A DNA stretch of 64,000 nt from Bacillales bacterium (GTDB lineage: Bacteria; Bacillota_I; Bacilli_A; RFN20; CAG-826). Shown here piece after piece: positions 9,782 to 20,025 of the stretch. Numbering within the stretch: the first letter of the stretch is position 1; the number at the start of each line of letters is the position of its first letter. Made by a program: the position numbers and the translations under genes. Location of the stretch: the NCBI GenBank assembly GCA_052171195.1, contig JBQMZB010000002.1, positions 1,276 through 65,275 of the forward strand, given 5' to 3'. The notes below the pieces were generated by a model, which was not told the DNA's origin, searched no databases, and saw only the letters and a list, made by a program, of their open reading frames with translations.

Positions 9782-10393
9782 ATGAAAAATTTTTTTAAGC
9801 ATTTAAATACGATTACAAAACATAGAACTAAAGTATTTTTAAACGGTGTTAAAGTTGGAATTGGATTTCAAACTTTTTTTCATGATTTATCAAAATTTAG
9901 TAAAGAAGAATATTTTAAATCTTGTAAATATTATCAAGGTTATTCATCTCCAGTATTTAAAGAGAGATTAGATAATAAATATTTTAGCTATATAGCAAAA
10001 CATCATACGGGTAGAAATAAACATCATTGGGAATATTGGGTAGACTTTTTTAAAGGACATTTAATTGTTAAAACTATGCCATTTAAATATGCATTAGAGT
10101 ATGTAATTGATGTAATAAGTGCATCTCAAACTTATAATTCAAAGAAATTTAATAAAGATATGCCATATTTATATGTATTAGATAAAGTTAATCATTATTA
10201 TATGAGCAAAGCTAGTAAAGAATTTATTTTATGGTGTTTAGAAGAATATAAAAATCATGGTTTTAAGGCAATTAAAAAGAAAATCGCTTATAAAAAGTAT
10301 AAAAATATTATGGAAATAAATGAAGAAGTTGAATATTTTAAGTTAACTTTAACCAAATTCGATTTAATAAAAGAAGATAATAAAACTTATTAA
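9782..10393 (+). CDS. Hypothetical protein with a conserved His cluster (possible metal-binding)
   Basis: 203 aa; HHTGRNKHHWEYW block; no confident family assignment. Confidence 0.4.
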   Translation: MKNFFKHLNTITKHRTKVFLNGVKVGIGFQTFFHDLSKFSKEEYFKSCKYYQGYSSPVFKERLDNKYFSYIAKHHTGRNKHHWEYWVDFFKGHLIVKTMPFKYALEYVIDVISASQTYNSKKFNKDMPYLYVLDKVNHYYMSKASKEFILWCLEEYKNHGFKAIKKKIAYKKYKNIMEINEEVEYFKLTLTKFDLIKEDNKTY

Positions 10394-10477
10394 AATTTTT
10401 AAAATATTTTATAACAATTTCATAGATTATAAACTTTTTTTAGTATAAAATATATTACATATAAGTGAGGTTTTTAT

Positions 10478-12205
10478 ATGGAAAAAGATAATCTTGGAAA
10501 CATTGTAATTATAATATCTTCAATCATTGTAGCTATTATAGTTTTGATAGGAATAATCATTATTTTAGATAAATATTTTTTAGGAAAAAGAAGATGTAAG
10601 CGTCAATATAAAGAAGCTGAAAGAAATTTTTCTTATTATAAATCAGTATTATCTAATAAAGATTATCAAGTAATTCAAAGATTACAAATTATTAGTGGTA
10701 CAAATCTTGTATATAGTGATGTATATTCAACTTTTTACACTAAATATAATGAAATTAAAGATAATGAAGAAAAAGCATATATTGATGTTTTAGATAAACT
10801 TAATAAATATTTATCTAAATCTGATGTTAAAAAATTTAAAAAATTATATCGTGATTCAGAAATTGTATTTAAAAATTATGAAGACAGCGTTAACACTTTT
10901 AATGATGAAATAATGATGGTTATTAAACCTGAAGAAGAAGCTAATCATTCTAGCATGGATTTAAAAGACTTATTTAAAGAATTAAAATCCAAATATAATG
11001 CCAATGAAGAAGAATTGCAATTCGTTAATGATACTTTTGTTAGAGTATTTGATCAAATCGATCAACATTTTATTAAATTTTCAAAATTAATTGATCAAGC
11101 AAATTATGAAGAAGCAAATAGCATCCTACCAGTTATTAAAAATGTAATTGATGTATGTAATGATTTAATTGATAAAACTCCAATTATTATTAAAAGAGTT
11201 ATAGAGATTGTGCCTCAAGAAATTGAAGAAATTAATGAACATTATAATATCTTAATTAATAAACAATTTCCTTTAAAACACTTAAAATTTGAAGAATTAA
11301 ATAATGAATGTGATTCTACCCTTAATAAATTACGTAAAGATTTAAAAGAACTTAAAATCTCTCATATTGATGAAAAACTTGATGAAATTGAAAATAAAAT
11401 CAATTTAATGGAAGAATTTTTCTTAAAAGAGGAAGAAAATTATCTTATATTTAATGAAAATTCTGAAAGAATTTATGATGATTTTAATAAATTAGAAGAT
11501 GAATTTATCGTTGTTAAAAATAATTTAAATAAATATTCAAAATATTATATTGTTGATGATAATCACCTTAACGAGTTAGAACAAATTCATAATGAACTTG
11601 AAGATGTTAGTAAAGATAAGAGGAGATTAGACAACTATATTCATAGTCTTGTTAAAACTCCATATTCAAATTTAGTTGAAAAAATGAAGGATTTAGAAAC
11701 AGGTACTTTTAATTTAAATAACCATTTCTCTAAATTTAAAGATTATTTAGCATCATTAAAGACAGACACAGAAGAATCTTTTAATTATATAAATGAAAAT
11801 TTCTTTAATTTGAAAGAACATGAGGCTTATTTAAGAAATTTCTTTAATGAAGAATATAGTAATAAATTTAATTCTGAAATTGATAAATGTTATAAACTAA
11901 TTGATGATGTATATAATCTTTTAAAAACTGTACCTATTAATGTTAATAAAGTTTTAGAAACTAGAAATGAACTTGAAGAAAAAATTAACACCTTATTTAC
12001 AAGAATAGATAATGATGTTAAATATAGAGATTTAACTGAAAAAGAAATCATGTTCATGAATAAAGAAAGAGTTAAATTTAGTGATGTTAATGTCCAATTA
12101 TTGCAAGCAGAATCTTTATTTATTAACGGAGATTTTGAACAAGCTTTTCAAGCCTGTGAAACAATTTCTAAACAAATTGAAGATAAAGATAATTTGGAGA
12201 ATTAA
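10478..12205 (+). CDS. ezrA: Septation ring formation regulator EzrA
   Basis: 575 aa with a single N-terminal TM helix then long coiled-coil repeats; conserved synteny with ezrA-(iscS/nifZ)-thiI as in Bacillus. Confidence 0.7.
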   Translation: MEKDNLGNIVIIISSIIVAIIVLIGIIIILDKYFLGKRRCKRQYKEAERNFSYYKSVLSNKDYQVIQRLQIISGTNLVYSDVYSTFYTKYNEIKDNEEKAYIDVLDKLNKYLSKSDVKKFKKLYRDSEIVFKNYEDSVNTFNDEIMMVIKPEEEANHSSMDLKDLFKELKSKYNANEEELQFVNDTFVRVFDQIDQHFIKFSKLIDQANYEEANSILPVIKNVIDVCNDLIDKTPIIIKRVIEIVPQEIEEINEHYNILINKQFPLKHLKFEELNNECDSTLNKLRKDLKELKISHIDEKLDEIENKINLMEEFFLKEEENYLIFNENSERIYDDFNKLEDEFIVVKNNLNKYSKYYIVDDNHLNELEQIHNELEDVSKDKRRLDNYIHSLVKTPYSNLVEKMKDLETGTFNLNNHFSKFKDYLASLKTDTEESFNYINENFFNLKEHEAYLRNFFNEEYSNKFNSEIDKCYKLIDDVYNLLKTVPINVNKVLETRNELEEKINTLFTRIDNDVKYRDLTEKEIMFMNKERVKFSDVNVQLLQAESLFINGDFEQAFQACETISKQIEDKDNLEN

Positions 12206-12208
12206 TTA

Positions 12209-13330
12209 GTGATTTATTTTGATAATGCTTCAACTACGAAACCATTTTCAAAAGTCTTAGACCTATATCTTGATTCATGTAATAATTATTTTTATAATCC
12301 TCACTCAATCCATTTTAAAGCAATGGAAGTTGATAATTTAATTTTAAAAGAAAAAAATAAAATATTAAACCTTTTAAAATTAAAGAATACTGATTATGAT
12401 ATCGTATTCACAAGTGGAGCGACTGAGTCAAACAATTTAGCCTTACTTTATTATAAAGATAATTATAAAAAATTTGATTTTTTATTAACTTCTAAATTAG
12501 AACATTCAAGTGTTAATAAATATCTTGAATCTTTAGATTATAATATTTTTAATATAGAATATGTTAAATATAACGAAGAGAAAGAAATTGATTTAATTGA
12601 TTTAAAAGAAAAAGTAAAAGATAAAAAAATATTTTTATCTTTAATGAGTGTTAATAATGAAGTAGGTTTAATTAACCCTTTAAATAAAATTAAAGAAATT
12701 ATCAATCAAGAATCTCTTATTATGTGTGATAATGTTCAAGGTATAGCTAAATATAATTTTGATTTATCTATCTGTGATTTAATTGTTATATCAGGACATA
12801 AAATACATGGTTTAAAAGGTATTGGCGCCTTAATTTATAAAAAGAAATTGAATTTAAAACCTCTTATATATGGAGGTGGTCAACAAAATAATATTAGAAG
12901 TGGAACATTAGATTATCCTTTAATTTTATCTTTAAGATATGCTTTAGAGTTAAGTTTAAATAAAAACAATGAGTCATTATTTAATATTAAAAAAATACAA
13001 GATTATCTTTTTAATGAATTAAATAATATTGAAGGTATAAAAATTCATAAATTTAAATCTATGTCACCTTACATAATTAATTTTTCTTTAATTAATAAAA
13101 AAGCTTCTGTAGTAGTAGAAGCTTTATCAAATGAAGATATTTTTGTTAATAGTGTTAGCGCTTGTAATTCAAAAACAGTAGCGTATAGTTATGTTTTAAA
13201 AGAATTAGGCTATAATGAAAATGAATGTAAAAATCCAATTAGATTATCTTTAAGTTACGAAAACACTCTTGAGGAAGCTAAGATATTTATCGAAAAATTA
13301 AAATTTATTTTAAATAATATAAGGAGTTAA
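12209..13330 (+). CDS. Cysteine desulfurase (class V aminotransferase, NifS/IscS/NifZ-like), probable sulfur donor for ThiI
   Basis: GTG start; FTSGATESNN, the PLP-lysine region (SGHKIHGLKGIGAL) and the catalytic-Cys region (SVSACNS); lies between ezrA and thiI. Confidence 0.8.
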   Translation: MIYFDNASTTKPFSKVLDLYLDSCNNYFYNPHSIHFKAMEVDNLILKEKNKILNLLKLKNTDYDIVFTSGATESNNLALLYYKDNYKKFDFLLTSKLEHSSVNKYLESLDYNIFNIEYVKYNEEKEIDLIDLKEKVKDKKIFLSLMSVNNEVGLINPLNKIKEIINQESLIMCDNVQGIAKYNFDLSICDLIVISGHKIHGLKGIGALIYKKKLNLKPLIYGGGQQNNIRSGTLDYPLILSLRYALELSLNKNNESLFNIKKIQDYLFNELNNIEGIKIHKFKSMSPYIINFSLINKKASVVVEALSNEDIFVNSVSACNSKTVAYSYVLKELGYNENECKNPIRLSLSYENTLEEAKIFIEKLKFILNNIRS

Positions 13331-13332
13331 GT

Positions 13333-14502
13333 ATGAATTATAATTCAATTATGGTTAGATTTGGTGAATTAAGCACCAAAGGTAAAAATAAAAAAGATTT
13401 TATTAATTCTTTAGCACGAAGTATTAGACAAAACTTAATTGATTTTAAAGATTTGTATGAAATGAATGTACGACATGACCATATATATCTTAATTTAAAA
13501 GAAATGAATTTACCCTTAATTGATAATTTAAAAAATATCCCAGGAATGTATAGTTTTTCTTTATGTTTAAAACTTGAAGATGTTTATGATGTTGATGAAT
13601 TGAAAGAAATTTGTTTAAAAGAAATTAAAAATGAAGAAGGCAAAAGTTTTAAGATTAAATCAAAAAGAGTAGATAAATCTTTTCCATACACTAGTGATGA
13701 TATTATTAAAGAAGTTGCATCTCATATTTTAAAAAACACTGATTTAAAAGTTGATGTTCATAAACCTGATATTTTATTATCAATTGAAGTTCATCAAGAT
13801 GGTATCTATGTTTTTACAAATACGATTAAAGGTATAGGTGGTTATCCAAAAGGATCTATTGGAAGAGGATTAATGATGTTAAGTGGAGGAATTGATTCTC
13901 CAGTTGCTTCTTATTTATTAATGAAAAGAGGCGTAGAACTTTCATTTATTCATTTTTCAGCTCCTCCATATACGAATAGAGGTGTAATTTTAAAATTACA
14001 AGATATCTTATCTGAATTAAATATTTATCAAAATAAAATTAATTTATATGTAATAAATTTTACTAAGTTACAACTTAAAATATATGAAGCTAGTGATGAA
14101 GGCTATCCAATTACTATTATGCGAAGAATGATGTATAGAATTGCTTCTAAAGTAGCTAACAAACTTCATGTTCCGATAATTGCTAGCGGAGAAAGTATAG
14201 GACAAGTTGCTTCACAAACTCTTGAAAGTTTAAGTGTAATTAATTCTGTTACAAATTATCCAATAATTAGACCATTAGCCACAATGGATAAACTAGAAAT
14301 TATAGATATTTCTAAAAAAATAAATACATATGATATAAGTATTAGACCATTTGAAGATTGTTGCACAATATTTAATCCTGTAAGACCTAAAACTTCTCCC
14401 AAAGAAGATATCTGTCTTAAAATTGAAGAAAAAATTAATTATGAAGAATTAATTAATGAATGTTTAGACACAATGGAAAAAATAATTATTAAAAAAGAAT
14501 AA
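13333..14502 (+). CDS. thiI: tRNA 4-thiouridine(8) synthase ThiI
   Basis: N-terminal THUMP-like region followed by the PP-loop SGGIDSPVA; 389 aa. Confidence 0.85.
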   Translation: MNYNSIMVRFGELSTKGKNKKDFINSLARSIRQNLIDFKDLYEMNVRHDHIYLNLKEMNLPLIDNLKNIPGMYSFSLCLKLEDVYDVDELKEICLKEIKNEEGKSFKIKSKRVDKSFPYTSDDIIKEVASHILKNTDLKVDVHKPDILLSIEVHQDGIYVFTNTIKGIGGYPKGSIGRGLMMLSGGIDSPVASYLLMKRGVELSFIHFSAPPYTNRGVILKLQDILSELNIYQNKINLYVINFTKLQLKIYEASDEGYPITIMRRMMYRIASKVANKLHVPIIASGESIGQVASQTLESLSVINSVTNYPIIRPLATMDKLEIIDISKKINTYDISIRPFEDCCTIFNPVRPKTSPKEDICLKIEEKINYEELINECLDTMEKIIIKKE

Positions 14503-14525
14503 GGTATATATTAAAAATAGTAAAA

Positions 14526-14560
14526 TAAAATCTCATCTAAATTAGATGAGATTTTTAATA
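14526..14560. terminator. Bidirectional rho-independent terminator between thiI (+) and rplT (-)
   Basis: Perfect hairpin AAATCTCATCTAA-ATT-AGATGAGATTT flanked by A/T runs on both sides. Confidence 0.55.
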
Positions 14561-14576
14561 TATTAATTATTGATAA

Positions 14577-14924
14577 TTAAGCTTTTTTAACAATTTCTAC
14601 TAATTGTTTAAAGTTTTCTGGTTCATGAATAGCAATTTCACTTAACATTTTACGGTTTAAATCGATATTTAATACTTTTAAACCATGCATAAATTTGCTA
14701 TATGAAATATCATGTAATCTGCAAGCAGCGTTGATACGTTTAATCCATAATTTACGATAATCATTTTTAAGATCTCTTCTTGAAATATAAGCGTATCTTT
14801 TACTTCTCATTACTTGTTCTTTAGCAGTTTTGAAAAGTAAATGTTTGCTTCCGAAATATCCTTTAGCTTGTTTTAAAATTTTCTTTCTTCTTAAATGAGT
14901 TACATTTCCACCTTTAACACGCAT
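14577..14924 (-). CDS. rplT: 50S ribosomal protein L20
   Basis: [19 protein letters not shown]...[19 protein letters not shown], canonical L20. Confidence 0.95.
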   Translation of the reverse strand: MRVKGGNVTHLRRKKILKQAKGYFGSKHLLFKTAKEQVMRSKRYAYISRRDLKNDYRKLWIKRINAACRLHDISYSKFMHGLKVLNIDLNRKMLSEIAIHEPENFKQLVEIVKKA

Positions 14925-14938
14925 TTATCTTTTCCTCC

Positions 14939-15133
14939 TTATTTTTGAATGAGATATTTAATTCTTTTGTAATCTGAAGCAGATACAAGAGTTTTCTTTT
15001 GTAAGTGCTTTTTTTGTTTTGTAGTCTTATTTTTCATTAAGTGACCTACATAAGCATGATTTCTTTTTAATTTACCATTAGCGGTAAGTTTGACTCTTTT
15101 TAAAAGAGCACGTCTTGATTTCATTTTTGGCAT
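14939..15133 (-). CDS. rpmI: 50S ribosomal protein L35
   Basis: [24 protein letters not shown]..., canonical L35, 64 aa. Confidence 0.9.
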   Translation of the reverse strand: MPKMKSRRALLKRVKLTANGKLKRNHAYVGHLMKNKTTKQKKHLQKKTLVSASDYKRIKYLIQK

Positions 15134-15150
15134 AATTTACTCCTTACTCC

Positions 15151-15720
15151 TTATTTTTTAGTCTTGCTATTAACTATACATGTGAGGGTTCTTCCTTCAA
15201 GGGAAGGTTTCTTTTCACAAGTTCCATAATCAGCAACGTAGTCTAAGAATTTGTTTAACACTGCTTCACCAACTTCAATGTGAGCCATTTGTCTTCCTTT
15301 AAATCTAAGACAAACCTTTAATTTATCTCCGTCTTCAAGAAATTTAATCGCATTTTTGACTTTAGTTAATAAATCGTGTTCACCTATTTGAGGTGTTAAT
15401 TGAACTTCTTTAGTTTTAATAATTTTAGCTTTAGAAGTTTTACGATTTAATTTTTCTTTCTTTTGTTGTTCGAAACGATATTTACCATAATTTATAATTT
15501 TACAAACTGGTGGTTTACCATTTGGAGCAACGCATAATAAATCTAAATCATATTCCTCGGCTTTTTTTAAAGCATCACGCTTTGACATAGTACCTAATTG
15601 TTCCCCATCAGGTCCTATAAGTCTTACTTCTGGGAATTTAATTTTCTCATTTACGATATCACCATTATACTTATCGTATTTTGGTTTTTTCTCGCTTGGA
15701 TTAAAGATTACTTTATTTAT
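15151..15720 (-). CDS. infC: Translation initiation factor IF-3 (probable AUU start; the ORF-track GTG start at 15753 is likely upstream of the true start)
   Basis: EVRLIGPDGEQLG...; order infC-rpmI-rplT; the ORF-track N-terminus contains AGGAGG inside it, 9 nt upstream of an in-frame ATT, matching the conserved AUU start of infC. Confidence 0.85.
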   Translation of the reverse strand: MNKVIFNPSEKKPKYDKYNGDIVNEKIKFPEVRLIGPDGEQLGTMSKRDALKKAEEYDLDLLCVAPNGKPPVCKIINYGKYRFEQQKKEKLNRKTSKAKIIKTKEVQLTPQIGEHDLLTKVKNAIKFLEDGDKLKVCLRFKGRQMAHIEVGEAVLNKFLDYVADYGTCEKKPSLEGRTLTCIVNSKTKK

Positions 15721-16058
15721 AAATATATTCCTCCTATATAAATAAAAAAACACACTGACTTAGAAGTAGTGCGCATCTAGAATATAAAATAAATATATTG
15801 TAGCTATTTGACCAATTTATTAAGATAAATCTGGTGAGTATTGCGCAACTCTTTCTACGTACTTATAGATAATACATTGTTTAATCATAGAAATCAACAA
15901 GATAATTAGAAAAATTACTATATTTAAACATAAACAAATAATAATATTTAAATATATATAAAATTTAGATAAATATTTATTAAATAATATGATATATTTA
16001 ATATGTATTTATAAATAATAACAATATATTTTATATATTTAAATAAAGAGGTTTATCG

Positions 16059-16847
16059 ATGGAAAATGAAAAAACAATAGCGTTGTTAATTGATGGTGAT
16101 AATATTTCTTATAAATATTTACCTACGATTATTAGTGAATTAAATAAACAAGGTAAAATTGTAATCAAAAGAGTTTATGGTGATTTTTCTAATAAAATTT
16201 TATCTGCTTGGAAAAAACAAGCTTTAAAATATAGTTTAAATTGTATTCATAGTTTTGCATTTACTACGAATAAATCCTCTACCGATAGCGCTTTAATCGT
16301 TGATTGTATGGATATTTTATATAGAAATGATGTTGATATTTATTGTATCTGTTCAAGTGATAGTGATTTTATTCATTTAGTTCAAAGAATAAAAGAAGAC
16401 AATAAACAAGTTTTAGGAATGGGAGAAGAGAAAACTATTGAAGCTTTTAAAGGAGCAGTAGATAGATTCTATCCTTTAGGAGTTATTAAAAATTACAAAA
16501 AAACTGGTAATAATAATATTTCTAAGAAAATATCTGATATTTTAAAAAATAAAGATGAAATAGAAGAAATAAATTTAAATGGAAATAATATTGAAGATTT
16601 ATATAAAGTATTCGTATATTATGTAAATGAACTTACAGAAAAAGAAGAATCTGTTCATTTATCTAATTTATCTACATATTTATATAAACAACATCCTGAA
16701 TTTGATATTAGAAGTTATAAATTATCTAAACCTTTAGATTTACTTAAAAAATATCAAGACACGTTTGAAGTTATTTCTCTTAAAAGTGTAAATGATCCAA
16801 GTAAAGTAAGTCTTTATGTTAAATTAAAAGGAAAGAATAATGCTTAA
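16059..16847 (+). CDS. NYN-domain (LabA-like) protein with C-terminal extension
   Basis: IALLIDGDNIS...VYGDFS...CSSDSDF pattern of acidic residues typical of NYN/PIN-like RNases. Confidence 0.55.
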   Translation: MENEKTIALLIDGDNISYKYLPTIISELNKQGKIVIKRVYGDFSNKILSAWKKQALKYSLNCIHSFAFTTNKSSTDSALIVDCMDILYRNDVDIYCICSSDSDFIHLVQRIKEDNKQVLGMGEEKTIEAFKGAVDRFYPLGVIKNYKKTGNNNISKKISDILKNKDEIEEINLNGNNIEDLYKVFVYYVNELTEKEESVHLSNLSTYLYKQHPEFDIRSYKLSKPLDLLKKYQDTFEVISLKSVNDPSKVSLYVKLKGKNNA

Positions 16848-17757
16848 TTTTTTACTTGATTCATGTGAAACATGTCCTAGATATCCTGGATACTGGCCTG
16901 ATTATGGTAACGCTTGGCATGCATGGGATAGTCATGTTTTAGCGCTTGTAATACCTGGTTTAATATTATGTGTTTTCTTTTTTTCACTAGGAATTAAATT
17001 AAGATATAAAATAAAAAAAGCTAATCTAGTATATTTTTTACTTGGCTTATTTTTACTTATCTTTGAAATATATAAACAATTTACATATAACAAAATAAGA
17101 GGTTTTGATCATTTTAATGGTTATGCTTTTGAAATATTTCCATTTCAGTTGTGTTCAATTCCTATGTTTATTGCGTTAATTATGCCTTTTATTAAGGTAG
17201 GAAATAAAAGAGATACTTTAATAGCTTTTGTTGGAGTATACGCGACAATTGGAGGAACTGTTACGATTTTCTATAATCAAAAGGCTCTTTTTTGGTGGAA
17301 TGATATTGGAATTTATATTCATACAATTACATGGCATTTAGTACTTATGATGTTAGGATTATTTTCTATTACCTATCTTAAAATAGGGAAGGGACATTTT
17401 TTAAGAAATTTAAAAATATATTTTAATACCTTAGTTATTTTTATATCTTTTACTTTAATAGCACAATTTATTAATTTTATTGTACCTTTTGTTTTAGGTA
17501 GATGTAACTGTATGGCTTTTAATGCAAATATGTTTTATATTTCGATGTATTATCCTTCCACAATATGGCCATTAAAACAATTATGGGAGCTTTCACCTGG
17601 TCCTTTAGGATATGGCTGGGTTTTAGCATATTTAGTATATCTTTTAGCACTCACTATATTTAGTTTTTTAGTTATGATAATCTATTATATTTTATATAGA
17701 TTATTCTCTAAATTTAAATTTAAATATAGAGTCTCTCATCTTAAAATACAAAATTAA
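16840..17757 (+). CDS. Integral membrane protein (YwaF/TMEM164-like)
   Basis: 305 aa, about 7-8 TM helices, overlaps the upstream stop; assignment by general resemblance only. Confidence 0.4.
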   Translation: MLNFLLDSCETCPRYPGYWPDYGNAWHAWDSHVLALVIPGLILCVFFFSLGIKLRYKIKKANLVYFLLGLFLLIFEIYKQFTYNKIRGFDHFNGYAFEIFPFQLCSIPMFIALIMPFIKVGNKRDTLIAFVGVYATIGGTVTIFYNQKALFWWNDIGIYIHTITWHLVLMMLGLFSITYLKIGKGHFLRNLKIYFNTLVIFISFTLIAQFINFIVPFVLGRCNCMAFNANMFYISMYYPSTIWPLKQLWELSPGPLGYGWVLAYLVYLLALTIFSFLVMIIYYILYRLFSKFKFKYRVSHLKIQN

Positions 17758-17857
17758 ATAAATACCTCCTTATAAAATTGAATTATTTTATTTTTTTTAG
17801 CACTCTATATTGCAAAGTGCTAAAACGAGTATATAATAATATTAAGGAGGTAATTTT

Positions 17858-19978
17858 ATGAATAATCAAGGTTATCAAAATTATGATCAAGATGAAAATA
17901 TTCTTGAAAAATTTGGTCGAAATATTAATATAGCAGTTAAAAGTAATAAAATTGATCCTGTCATCGGTAGAGATGAAGAAATAAGAAAAATTATTACTGT
18001 TTTAGCTAGAAAAACTAAAAATAATGTTATTTTACTTGGAGAACCTGGTGTTGGTAAAACAGCAATTATTGAAGGTTTAGTTCAAAGAATTGTAAATCAA
18101 GATGTTCCTTTAACTTTAAAAGATAAAATAATTTATGAATTAGATATGGGTTCATTAATTGCAGGAGCTAAATATCAAGGAGAATTCGAAGATAGATTAA
18201 AATCTGTCTTAAAGAAGATTAAAGAAAGCGAAGGCAAAATAATATTATTTATTGATGAAATTCATTTGATAGTAGGTGCTGGTAGAAGTCAAGGAGCAAT
18301 GGATGCTTCAAATATGTTAAAACCTATGTTGGCTAGAGGTGATATCCTTTGTATTGGAGCAACAACTTTAAAAGAATATCAAAATTATATTGAAAAAGAT
18401 CGAGCACTAGAAAGAAGATTTCAACCAGTTTATGTAAATGAACCAACTAAGGAAGATACTTTATCTATTCTTAGAGGTTTAAAAGATAGATTTGAAACCC
18501 ATCACGGAGTTAAGATTTTAGATAATGCTTTAATTGCAGCGGTTAACTATTCAATTAGATATATACCTAATAGATTTTTACCAGATAAAGCAATTGATTT
18601 AATTGATGAAGCTTGCGCTGAATGTAAAGTTGAAATTGAATCTATGCCTTCAATTTTAGATGAGGTTAAAAGAAAAATTAGACAACTTGAAATAGAAAGA
18701 TTTTCTCTTCAAAATGATAAAGATGAACAATCTAAAATAAGATTAAATAAAATAGAAAATGAATTAGATAAAATTCATAAAGAAGATGATGAATTAACAA
18801 AAAATTGGCTACAAGAAAAAGAAAAAATTACTTATATCAAAAAATTAAAGAAAGAAATTGAACATGAAAAATTTATTCTTCAACAAGCTTACAATGAAGG
18901 AGATTTTAAGAAAAGTAGTGAAATACAATATAAAACAATTCCTAATTTAGAAAATAAATTAAATGAATTATCTAAAGTTGATCCAAATAAAAAAATTAAT
19001 TTATTAAGTGATATTGTAACTGAAAATAACATTGCTTCAATTGTAGCAAAAATGACTAATATTCCTGTATCTAAAATTATTAAAGGTGATAAGGAAAAAG
19101 TATTAAACTTATTTAATATTTTAAATGAAAGAGTTATAGGTCAAGATAATGCATTAAGATTAATTAGTAATTCTATTTTAAGACAAAGAGCAGGAATTAA
19201 AGATTTTAATAGACCAATTGGAAGTTTCTTATTTTTAGGTCCAACGGGTGTTGGAAAAACTGAAGTTGCTAAAGCACTTGCAAGCGCCTTATTTGATGAT
19301 GAGAAAAAAATTATACGTTTAGATATGAGCGAATATATGGAAAAATATAGTGTATCTAGATTATTAGGAGCTCCTCCGGGATATATTGGCTATGAAGAAG
19401 GAGGTCAACTTACTGAACCTGTAAGACATAATCCTTATAGTATTGTGTTATTTGATGAAATAGAAAAAGCTAATCCAGAAATATTTAATTTATTACTCCA
19501 AATTATGGATGATGGAAGACTAACCGATAGTCAAGGTAGATTAGTAGATTTTAAAAATACGATTATCATTATGACTTCAAATTTAGGAGGAGAAGAATTA
19601 TTAAATGATAATAATTTCGATATTAAAGGAATTCTTGAATCAAGATTTAAACCAGAATTTTTAAATAGAATTGATGAAATTGTTACTTTCTCTGGCTTAA
19701 ATAAAGAAGTACAAATTAAAATAGTTGAGAAAATATTAAAAGATTTAAAATTAAGATTAGCAGAACAATATTATTTAGTTGATTTCACTGATAATATCAA
19801 ACAATATATATTAGATCAATCATTTTCATTTAAATATGGAGCAAGACCAATTAAAAGATTTATTCAACATGATATAGAAACTTTCTTAGCAGAAAAAATT
19901 ATTAAAGAAGAGATTTTACCAAATAAAAATTATATTTTAGATGTCAAAAATAAAGAATATATATTAGATGAAAAATAA
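17858..19978 (+). CDS. clpB: ATP-dependent chaperone ClpB lacking the N-terminal domain (Mollicutes-type)
   Basis: Two AAA+ modules (GEPGVGKT and GPTGVGKT, each with Walker B), a long coiled-coil M-domain between them, and a start just before AAA-1; 706 aa. Confidence 0.85.
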   Translation: MNNQGYQNYDQDENILEKFGRNINIAVKSNKIDPVIGRDEEIRKIITVLARKTKNNVILLGEPGVGKTAIIEGLVQRIVNQDVPLTLKDKIIYELDMGSLIAGAKYQGEFEDRLKSVLKKIKESEGKIILFIDEIHLIVGAGRSQGAMDASNMLKPMLARGDILCIGATTLKEYQNYIEKDRALERRFQPVYVNEPTKEDTLSILRGLKDRFETHHGVKILDNALIAAVNYSIRYIPNRFLPDKAIDLIDEACAECKVEIESMPSILDEVKRKIRQLEIERFSLQNDKDEQSKIRLNKIENELDKIHKEDDELTKNWLQEKEKITYIKKLKKEIEHEKFILQQAYNEGDFKKSSEIQYKTIPNLENKLNELSKVDPNKKINLLSDIVTENNIASIVAKMTNIPVSKIIKGDKEKVLNLFNILNERVIGQDNALRLISNSILRQRAGIKDFNRPIGSFLFLGPTGVGKTEVAKALASALFDDEKKIIRLDMSEYMEKYSVSRLLGAPPGYIGYEEGGQLTEPVRHNPYSIVLFDEIEKANPEIFNLLLQIMDDGRLTDSQGRLVDFKNTIIIMTSNLGGEELLNDNNFDIKGILESRFKPEFLNRIDEIVTFSGLNKEVQIKIVEKILKDLKLRLAEQYYLVDFTDNIKQYILDQSFSFKYGARPIKRFIQHDIETFLAEKIIKEEILPNKNYILDVKNKEYILDEK

Positions 19979-20025
19979 TATAAATTATTCTTTTAATTTA
20001 AAGTCCATAACTTTATAATGAAGTT

